Of a stretch of DNA of 64,000 nt, positions 1-7,482 are shown one piece after another. Origin of the DNA: a virus; IMG/VR virus record IMGVR_UViG_3300031754_000001, positions 1 to 64,000 of that record. One strand, given 5' to 3'. Position 1 is the first letter of the stretch. Every line of letters starts with the position of its first letter. Below the pieces are notes generated by a model that saw only the letters and a program-made list of their open reading frames with translations, was not told where the DNA came from and did no database searches. Made by a program: the position numbers and the translations under genes.

Positions 1-106
1 CCAGCGAGCACGTGCACCTGAGATCCCCGGGCGGCGATGTCATGATCATCGCCCGGCTAGACGGCGGCGGCGGCGATCCGGATCTCAGCGAGACCGGGGC
101 AGGGTA

Positions 107-379
107 ATGCGGCTCGCTGACTGCACACCCGGCCGGAAGGTGGTTATCGGCATGCGGTACCTGATGCTGCCTGGCGGGAGTCCCGGCCTCGGCGGGGTCA
201 CCTGCATGGTACTGGACACCCGGCCCGCGCCGGAGAACCCCGGCGATCACCCGGCGTATCCGTACGGCATGGTACAGGTCCGGCTGCCGGACAGCGTGGA
301 ATGGGGCTGCCGGGAACCGTGGTTCGGGCCGGAAGATCTCGCCTGTCTGGAAATCATCGAACGGGACCTGAACCTGTGA
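107..379 (+). CDS. hypothetical protein
   Basis: 90-aa ORF; its TGA overlaps the next GTG (GTGA). Confidence 0.6.
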   Translation: MRLADCTPGRKVVIGMRYLMLPGGSPGLGGVTCMVLDTRPAPENPGDHPAYPYGMVQVRLPDSVEWGCREPWFGPEDLACLEIIERDLNL

Positions 380-1350
380 CTCCTGACCAGGCCCGGGATC
401 TCATCGAGGCCGCCGTCTCGCCGGATGACCTGTTCCCCGGTGAGGCCGGCACCGCCGCGGTCTACCGCCGGCTGGCGGCGCTGGTGCATCCCGACCGGCA
501 TCCCGGCAGCCCGCGGATGGCAGCCGCGTTCGCCCGGCTCGGACTGTTCCGCGACCAGCGGGATGGCCGCGCCGTGGCGCTGCCCGCATTGCTGGCTCGC
601 GGTGATATCGCGGACCTGTTCGCCAGCGGTGCCCGGGTCCTGAAAATGCCCCGCGACCCCGCTGACAACGACCTGATGGCCCGGGAGGCGACCGCGCTGC
701 GCACGCTGCGCAGGGGGCCGGAACGATCCTGGCCGTTCGTGCCGGAACTGGCCGGGACAACCCGGCAGCGTGATCCCGCTACCGGGATCGTCCGGAGGGT
801 GAGCACCCTGGCCCGGCTGGACGGGTTCGTGACCCTGGCTGACGTGGCTGACGCATTCCCGGCCGGGATCAGCGGCCGGGACGCCGCGTGGATGTGGCGG
901 CGGCTGCTGGCCATCCTGGGGTACGCCCATCAGGCCGGGATCACCCACGGGGCGGTGCTGCCCCCGCATGTCATGATCCATCCCGCCGAGCACGGCCTGG
1001 TCCTGCTTGACTGGTGCTATTCCGTTCAGGGCGATGACACGCGGATTCCCGCGATCGCCGCGCGTTACCGGGACTGGTACCCGCCCGAGGTCACCGCCCG
1101 GCAGCCCGCCGGCCCCTGGACCGACATCGCGATGGCCGCCACGGTCATGACTCGCCTGATGGCCGGGCGGGCGCCCCGGCAGCTGGTCACGTTCGCCGCC
1201 GGGTGCACGCTGTCCCGCCCGGACCGCCGCCCGCAGGACGCCTGGCGGCTGCTCGCCGAATTCGATGATCTCCTGGAGCGGCTGTACGGCCCCCGGACGT
1301 TTCACCCGTTCACCATGCCCGACCCGGCCGGCGTCCCAGCCGGCGGCTGA
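376..1350 (+). CDS. J-domain-like / protein kinase-like fusion protein
   Basis: YRRLAALVHPDRHP (J-domain HPD); kinase-like VLK..E, HGAVLPPHV, LLDWCYS, PPE, TDI motifs; GTG start at 376. Confidence 0.8.
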   Translation: MTPDQARDLIEAAVSPDDLFPGEAGTAAVYRRLAALVHPDRHPGSPRMAAAFARLGLFRDQRDGRAVALPALLARGDIADLFASGARVLKMPRDPADNDLMAREATALRTLRRGPERSWPFVPELAGTTRQRDPATGIVRRVSTLARLDGFVTLADVADAFPAGISGRDAAWMWRRLLAILGYAHQAGITHGAVLPPHVMIHPAEHGLVLLDWCYSVQGDDTRIPAIAARYRDWYPPEVTARQPAGPWTDIAMAATVMTRLMAGRAPRQLVTFAAGCTLSRPDRRPQDAWRLLAEFDDLLERLYGPRTFHPFTMPDPAGVPAGG

Positions 1351-1367
1351 CACGAAGGGATACCCCG

Positions 1368-2342
1368 ATGGGAAGCGGAACCTACTCAGCGAAGGTGTAT
1401 GACGACGCTCGCTCGCTACGGTCAGTGACCGGCAAGAGCGCGTTCGACTACACCGACAGCGGCCTGCACGACAGCGCCCACCCTGCCATGGACGTGAAAG
1501 GGCTGGACGGCCGCGGTGCCATCCGGGAAAGCCGCGACAGCGACGAGCATCCCGTCACCACGGCGATGGCCGTGCTGTTCGACGTCACCGGGTCGATGGG
1601 CGCGGTCCCGCGGCTGCTGCAGGCCAAGATGCCGCAGCTCCTCGGCCTGGTGCTCCGCAAGGGGTACGTCACCGGCCCGCAGATCCTGTTCGGCGCCATC
1701 GGGGACGCCACCGTCGACAGGGCGCCGCTGCAGATCGGCCAGTTCGAATCCGACAACCGGATGGACGACGATCTCGGCAGGCTCCTCCTGGAGGGCGGCG
1801 GGGGCGGCGGCCGGGAGGAATCCTACGAACTCGGCCTGTATTTCATGGCCCGGCATACTTCGGCCGACTGCTGGGAGAAGCGCGGTCACCGCGGGCTCCT
1901 GTTCCTCATCGGCGATGAGAAGGCGTATCCGCGGGTCAAGCGCGCGGAGGTCGCGGAGCATACCGGTGATGCCCTGCAAGCCGACATCAGTTTTACCGAC
2001 ATCCTGGCCGAGGTCCGGAAGCGGTGGGATACCTACTTCATCATGCCGGGTGCCGCCTACCACTCCGGTAACACCGAGATCAGCGATTTCTGGTCCGGGC
2101 ATCTCGGGCAGAATTTCATCCGGGTCCCGGAGACCGACGCGATCCCCGAGACGATCGCGCTGACCGCCGGGCTCGCCGAGGGCAGCACCGACCTGGATTC
2201 CGGGCTCGCCGACCTGGCCGACGTCGGGTCTACCGCCGGCGGGGCAGTCGGCAGCGCGCTGGCCACGTTCGCCGGCGGCGCCGTGGCCGTCACGCCGCCA
2301 CCCGGGCCGCTGGACGCCCCCAGCGGGAACACCCGCCTGTGA
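1368..2342 (+). CDS. vWA-domain protein
   Basis: MIDAS-like FDVTGSMG, GGGG..ESYEL, FLIGDE; SD aagggga. Confidence 0.85.
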   Translation: MGSGTYSAKVYDDARSLRSVTGKSAFDYTDSGLHDSAHPAMDVKGLDGRGAIRESRDSDEHPVTTAMAVLFDVTGSMGAVPRLLQAKMPQLLGLVLRKGYVTGPQILFGAIGDATVDRAPLQIGQFESDNRMDDDLGRLLLEGGGGGGREESYELGLYFMARHTSADCWEKRGHRGLLFLIGDEKAYPRVKRAEVAEHTGDALQADISFTDILAEVRKRWDTYFIMPGAAYHSGNTEISDFWSGHLGQNFIRVPETDAIPETIALTAGLAEGSTDLDSGLADLADVGSTAGGAVGSALATFAGGAVAVTPPPGPLDAPSGNTRL

Positions 2343-2531
2343 ACAGGGCAAAACAGCTCATCTCGCTGGCGTCTAGCTGCACGATGGCGATTCTCACCGG
2401 GATCAAGATCTGGGCCGATTACCGCAAGCACGCCACGCACGGCAAGCACAGCCAGAGATGTGATTGCTTCAGCCAGTGCCTGCCGTGCGCGACGGAAGCC
2501 ATCAGAGCGGGCGCAAGCGGCCTGAAATCTC

Positions 2532-3782
2532 ATGACTAACCACGTGATCGCGGTAGGCCTGGCTTTCGGGGATGAGGGCAAGGGCAGCATCGTTGACTAT
2601 CTGTGCAGCCCGTATGTACCGGATCCGGCTCAGGCCGTCGTGCGGTTCAACGGCGGGTCCCAGGCCGGGCACAACGTGGTAACCGGTGACGGCCGGCATC
2701 ACTGCTTCGCTCAGTTCGGGTCCGGTACGCTGCAGGGCGCCCGCACTCACCTGTCCCGGTTCATGATGACCGATCCGCTGACCCTGATCGCCGAGGCGGC
2801 CCGCCTGGAGGAGACCGGAGTTCGCGATCCGTTCAGCCTGCTGACCATCGACCCCGGCGCGCTGCTGATCACCCCGTACCACGTCGCCGCGAACCGAACC
2901 CGGGAACAGGCGCGCGGCACGGCCCGGCACGGATCGTGCGGGATGGGCATCGGCGAGACCGCCGCGTACGCCGCTGCCTACCCGGAGGTCGCCCCGCGAT
3001 TCGGGGACCTGCTGACTCCGCGCGTCCTGTCTGGCAAGCTGGCCGTTCTCCGGGATTATCTGGGGCTGGACGCCGGGCTGACGGACCCGTACGACGGTAT
3101 CGCCGGGCGCCTGCTCAGCTCGCCTCTGCGGAAACTCGCGGGAAAGACCGCGGTAGCCGACGCTGACGTGCTGCCAGGGCTGCTGGCCGTTACCCCGGTG
3201 GTGTTCGAGGGAGCCCAGGGCGTCCTGCTGGACGAGCGGCACGGGTTCCTCCCGCATGTCACCTGGTCTGACACCACGTTCGCGAACGCGGAGACCCTGC
3301 TCGGCGAGTACGGCGTGACCGCGGTCCGGCTGGGTGTCGTCCGCACGTGGATGACCCGGCACGGCGCCGGGCCGTTCGTCACCGAGGACCCCGCCCTGGC
3401 CCTGCCCGAGCTGCATAACGTCACCGGCCCGTGGCAGGGGCGGGTGCGGCAGGGGCACTTCGACGCGGTGGCGCTGCGGTACGCGCTGGACATCGCCGGC
3501 GCTGACGCGATTGCCGTCACTCACGCCGACACCGCTGCCCGCGGCGGCCTTCGGATGTGCCGGGCCTGGCGGGATGATACCGGCCAGCGGCTGTACCTGC
3601 CTGGTGATCTCTGGGCCAGCCCGGGACTGACTGCCCTGGCCGGCCGCTGCCAGCCGGTCTACGGCCCCGGTCCCGCTGACTGGCCCGGCGCGATCGGGCA
3701 GGCGCTGCGCACTCCCGTCATGGTGATCTCCTCCGGTCCGGACGCGGGCGCCAAGGCGGATACCCGGCAGCTCACCGGGTAG
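2532..3782 (+). CDS. purA: adenylosuccinate synthetase-like protein (PurA family)
   Basis: GLAFGDEGKG, RFNGGSQAGHNV, HGSCGMGIG, FEGAQGVLLD, TRHGAGPF motifs. Confidence 0.85.
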   Translation: MTNHVIAVGLAFGDEGKGSIVDYLCSPYVPDPAQAVVRFNGGSQAGHNVVTGDGRHHCFAQFGSGTLQGARTHLSRFMMTDPLTLIAEAARLEETGVRDPFSLLTIDPGALLITPYHVAANRTREQARGTARHGSCGMGIGETAAYAAAYPEVAPRFGDLLTPRVLSGKLAVLRDYLGLDAGLTDPYDGIAGRLLSSPLRKLAGKTAVADADVLPGLLAVTPVVFEGAQGVLLDERHGFLPHVTWSDTTFANAETLLGEYGVTAVRLGVVRTWMTRHGAGPFVTEDPALALPELHNVTGPWQGRVRQGHFDAVALRYALDIAGADAIAVTHADTAARGGLRMCRAWRDDTGQRLYLPGDLWASPGLTALAGRCQPVYGPGPADWPGAIGQALRTPVMVISSGPDAGAKADTRQLTG

Positions 3783-3822
3783 CCAGCCTGGACGGTCTCG
3801 GTACGCTTAGCTGACAGCAGCA

Positions 3823-3886
3823 CCCGTGGCCGGGTTAGCTCCGGAGCCGGGAACTTCTTGCCTACACAGGAAGGTCCCGGCTCCGG
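3823..3886 (+). promoter_or_regulatory. leader RNA motif plus SD-sequestering hairpin upstream of terminase
   Basis: CCC-GT-GGC-CGG(7)CCG-GA-GCC-GGG, then alternative hairpin 3841-3886 covering AGGAAGG; -10-like TACGCT at about 3802. Confidence 0.6.
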
Positions 3887-3888
3887 TC

Positions 3889-5667
3889 ATGTCCGTCGCC
3901 CTGCGGGTCGTGCCGGATGTCATCCTGCCCGACGGCCAGGTGCTGCGCGGGCTGGCCGGGCAGCAGCAGCCGAGATTCTGGACCGCCCCGCCGCGGCACC
4001 GGGACAAGGACCCGGCCTGCGCGGCGTGCCGGAACCCGGATTACGCGGGCGGCTGCGGCGACTACCAGTCCGCGGACCTGCTCAGCTGGGCGCCGGATTT
4101 CGGCTACGACCTGGATGAATGGCAGCAGTGGTGGCTGGCCGAGGCCTGCGGGACCCGGCCGGACGGCACGTGGGCGGCTTTCGAGAACTACCTGGTCGTC
4201 AGCCGGCAGAACGGCAAGAACCAGTGCCTGGAGGTCCGCGAGCTGGGCGGCCTGTTCGTCTTCGGCGAGACGATGATCATCCACACCGCGCACGAGTTCA
4301 AGGCCGCGGCCGAGCATTTCCGCCGGGTCCGGGACACCATCACCGCCTACGACGAGTTGCGCAAGCGGGTCAAGTCGATCACCACCTCCCACGGCGACGA
4401 GGCGATCGAGCTGCGGCCGGTGCCCACCCTGATCTTCGGCCCGGCCGGCCGGATGGTCCGCCGGACGATTACGCCCCGGCTCCGGTTCCTGGCCCGCAGC
4501 CGGGGTTCCGGCCGGTCTTTCACCGCGGATTGCGTCGTCTACGACGAGGCGATGATCCTGAGCGACGAGCAGGTCGGCGCCTCGATGCCGACGATGAGCG
4601 CCGTCCGCAACCCCCAGATGATCTACACCGCGTCCGCGGGATACAAGGATTCCGTCCAGCTCGGCGCGGTGCGCCGCCGGGTGCTCCGCGGGGACCCGAC
4701 CCTGATGGGCGCCGAGTGGTCAATCAGCCCGCACGCCGACACCTGCCCGCGTGACGAGATCCGCGGCCGGAGCACCAACCGGTACATCACTTGCACCCTG
4801 CATGACGACCGGGACGACCCGCGGTCCTGGGCCAAGGCCAACCCGGCGCTGGGCGATCGGATCACCGTCCGGCACGTCGCCCAGGAGATGGCCTCGATGA
4901 GCACCGACACCTTCGACCGGGAGCGGCTGGGCGTCGGCGACTGGCCGTCCGAGGACGAGTCCTGGTCGGTGATCAGCAAAGAGCACTGGGAAGCCTGCGC
5001 GATGCCCGATCCCGGCGGAGCCTGCCGGCCCATCGCGTTCGCCGTGGACGTGGACCCGGACATGCTCAGCGCGTCGATCGCCGCGGCCTGGTACCGGCCT
5101 AAGCCCGGGTTGCAGCAGGCCGCCGAGGACGCCGAGATGATGACCGCGATGAAGTGGTCGGCTACCACCGGGATGCCATTGTTCTCGCCGCAGCGGAAAA
5201 TCCGGGACGAGAAACCGGTGATCGAGATCCCGAGAGGCTGCCACCGGGAGGGCGTCAGCTGGGTCATCCCGCGGCTGGCCGAACTCAGGACGGCGTGGCG
5301 GCCCATCGCGGTCGCCATCCCGAAGAACGGGCCGGCTGCCGGGCTGATCGATGACGCGGAGAAGGCCGGGATCGAGGTGCTGAAGATGTCATCCGCCGAC
5401 GAGGCCGCCGCGTTCAGCTTCATCGTCACCGCCGCCCGGTCCCGTAATCTCATCCATCTCGGCCAGGAGAATGCCCCGGGCATGTGGCACGCCGTGGCCA
5501 GGGCCGAGACCCGGGACATCGGCGACGGCGGCCACGCCTGGTCGCGCCGCGACAGCGAGTCGGACATCACTCCGGTCACCTCAGGCACGGCCGCGCTGTG
5601 GGCGCTGAACAAGAAGCGCCGGAATTACGATCCGATGCGCAGTATAGGATTAGAACAGGTAATCTAG
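3889..5667 (+). CDS. terL: terminase large subunit
   Basis: Walker A VSRQNGK, Walker B VVYDEA, YTAS coupling motif, KANPALG, nuclease FAVDV and SDITP; in-frame TTA at 5650 just after YDPMRSIG. Confidence 0.95.
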   Translation: MSVALRVVPDVILPDGQVLRGLAGQQQPRFWTAPPRHRDKDPACAACRNPDYAGGCGDYQSADLLSWAPDFGYDLDEWQQWWLAEACGTRPDGTWAAFENYLVVSRQNGKNQCLEVRELGGLFVFGETMIIHTAHEFKAAAEHFRRVRDTITAYDELRKRVKSITTSHGDEAIELRPVPTLIFGPAGRMVRRTITPRLRFLARSRGSGRSFTADCVVYDEAMILSDEQVGASMPTMSAVRNPQMIYTASAGYKDSVQLGAVRRRVLRGDPTLMGAEWSISPHADTCPRDEIRGRSTNRYITCTLHDDRDDPRSWAKANPALGDRITVRHVAQEMASMSTDTFDRERLGVGDWPSEDESWSVISKEHWEACAMPDPGGACRPIAFAVDVDPDMLSASIAAAWYRPKPGLQQAAEDAEMMTAMKWSATTGMPLFSPQRKIRDEKPVIEIPRGCHREGVSWVIPRLAELRTAWRPIAVAIPKNGPAAGLIDDAEKAGIEVLKMSSADEAAAFSFIVTAARSRNLIHLGQENAPGMWHAVARAETRDIGDGGHAWSRRDSESDITPVTSGTAALWALNKKRRNYDPMRSIGLEQVI

Positions 5668-5675
5668 TAATGAGG

Positions 5676-5891
5676 ATGAACCTGCTGCTGGCTTTCGATA
5701 CGGATTCACCGGAGTACTCTCGCGGCGTGGAACTGGGCATTCTCTGGGAGACGCTACGGCGGGATGGCCATGCTCGTTGCATGATGCACGACGGTAATGC
5801 CGAGATGATGATCCGGGCCGCCGAAGCATTGAACCTGCCATTCCGGGCTGAGCCGGCCGGAGATGGCTGGCTACATGCGGAAATAGGATGA
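5676..5891 (+). CDS. hypothetical protein
   Basis: MNLLLAFDTDSPEYSRGVELG...; ATG lies within GGATGA at 5674-5679. Confidence 0.7.
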   Translation: MNLLLAFDTDSPEYSRGVELGILWETLRRDGHARCMMHDGNAEMMIRAAEALNLPFRAEPAGDGWLHAEIG

Positions 5892-5950
5892 TCAGATGCA
5901 GGTGACTTCCGTGCTGGGCACGCACGTGAGGCGTCAGGCCCGGGAAAACC

Positions 5951-6101
5951 GGGCGGTAACGCGCAGACCGCGAGATAGCGACTAGCGATGCGGATGCAAG
6001 CCGGGGCTGGATGCGCAAGCGCCGCCGGGAAGCGGCCGAGCCCGGTGAGCTGCCCGCTAGCAGAGCGGCGTACGGGTTCGAATCCCGCGGGTTACCTGCC
6101 T
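5951..6101 (+). ncRNA. tRNA-like ncRNA with expanded anticodon domain (YrlA-like candidate)
   Basis: Terminal stem GGTAAC/GTTACC, D-like CGC-gagata-GCG, CTAGCG/CGCTAG enclosing about 65 nt, T arm CGGG-TTCGAAT-CCCG. Confidence 0.6.
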
Positions 6102-6121
6102 GGCCGCGGGAGGCCGGCGTG

Positions 6122-6487
6122 ATGTCCCGGTTTCACTACCGGCAGGGCTGGCTGCTGTACGCGAATCCGGAGATCAGACAGGGCATGGTGGTCTCCGGCG
6201 ACGTGCTGACGTTCGAGCTGTCCGCGGAGCGCTCGTTCGGCGGCATGTCCCTGCGCGTCACCTGCGAGCTGCCCGGCGCGAGCCTGCGGCAGTCAGTCCC
6301 GGCGTCGCCCAGGACGCTGGAGCAGCTGATGTGGGAAGCACTGCAGTCATGGCCGGAGCCGGGCGCCAGGGATGGCCGCAGATGGCCACCGGAGATGGAG
6401 GCGCTGCTGGAACTGGCGAAACGCCATCCGGAGGAGTACGAGGAGCTGCGCGAGGGCGCGGCCGTTTTCCGGGCACTGGGCGGATGA
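6122..6487 (+). CDS. hypothetical protein
   Basis: SD GGGAGG before GTG/ATG at 6119/6122; the upstream part of ORF 6011 overlaps the ncRNA. Confidence 0.6.
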   Translation: MSRFHYRQGWLLYANPEIRQGMVVSGDVLTFELSAERSFGGMSLRVTCELPGASLRQSVPASPRTLEQLMWEALQSWPEPGARDGRRWPPEMEALLELAKRHPEEYEELREGAAVFRALGG

Positions 6488-6549
6488 CTAGTTATAGGTG
6501 CGTGAGGGCACGCTACCCCACGCGGAAGCCCAAGATATAGGCAGGTTCG

Positions 6550-6819
6550 ATGAGTACCCTGACGCAATCCATCCCGGTTGATGATCTGGCCCGGCAGGCA
6601 CGCGGTGCGCGTCCCGGCCACGGGTTCGCCACCGCCATCGCCGCTGTCTTCGTCGCTATCGGCTGGACCGCCGGGCGGGCCGTTACCGGCATCGCGTTCG
6701 CCGGGGTGTGCGTCCGGTATGGGTACTGGCGCGGCCGGGGCCTGACTGATGAGGAGATTGCCGCCCGGGGAGCCCGCCCGCAGCAGCTGCCCGGTCCGCC
6801 GCGCCCGTCCAAGCTGTAA
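6550..6819 (+). CDS. small membrane protein
   Basis: 89 aa with two hydrophobic segments. Confidence 0.65.
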   Translation: MSTLTQSIPVDDLARQARGARPGHGFATAIAAVFVAIGWTAGRAVTGIAFAGVCVRYGYWRGRGLTDEEIAARGARPQQLPGPPRPSKL

Positions 6820-6833
6820 TCCGGGACCTGCCT

Positions 6834-7007
6834 GTGCAGTGCAGCGCGGGTAAGGCCGGCCCCGGCGGGTGCCAGGCCCCGGTTACCTGGGTGGTAAAAG
6901 CGGCCAGCATGCGCAGGTATGCCTGCGGGCGGCACCTGAACCGGGTCTGCCTGGCCTTGCTCAGCACCGGGGTCGCGTACATGACCGTCTCGATCGAGGA
7001 CGGATAA
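6834..7007 (+). CDS. small Cys/His-rich hypothetical protein (57 aa)
   Basis: VQCSAG..GCQAP..YACGRHL..., ends TAA 7005-7007; below the ORF-track cutoff. Confidence 0.45.
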   Translation: MQCSAGKAGPGGCQAPVTWVVKAASMRRYACGRHLNRVCLALLSTGVAYMTVSIEDG

Positions 7008-7226
7008 GGCTGACGCAGCGGTCCTGGCGTCATAGCCGGCCAGGACCTGCTCGATCGCATTCAGGTCCTGGCCGGCTATGACGCCATCGATGCCGGGGCC
7101 GGACAGCCAGTACATGCCATAGTCCCGGGCGCCCGGATCCCGGCGCCGGGTCTTCCGCAGGATCAGGCCGCGGCGGGCGGCCATGCGCCGGAGCCGGGCT
7201 TCGCGGACTTTCAGCTCGTCACCCAT
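7005..7226 (-). CDS. small basic protein; probable functional end at in-frame TTA (codon 74)
   Basis: MGDELKVREARLRRMAARRGLILRKTRRRDP..DYGMYWL; beyond the TTA the frame runs antisense through two + genes to 6513. Confidence 0.55.
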
Positions 7227-7482
7227 GCGGGCAAGCGTACCGGAAGATGCTCCCGGAGATGACCGGGAACAGGCTTTCGGAAACAGCCTGAAGAGGGACG
7301 TGCTAAACCCGGTGTACTGCGCGTAACCTGTGAGTTAGCCACTGCCCGTACAGGCCGCCCTCGCGCGGAGCCGGGTTCATCCCGTTCCGATCCGAGGGAG
7401 TCCCGGCCTCGTGGGGCTGACCGCCCGTACCCGAGCTGAGAACTCCTTTTCGCATGTCTGCGGGAGGGGGTGATACGGGACC

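Noticed and set aside
2532-3782. PurZ (2-aminoadenine DNA pathway)
   Set aside because: It keeps the PurA-type GDEGKG Asp rather than the PurZ GSTGKG, and no dATPase or MazZ is seen in the window.
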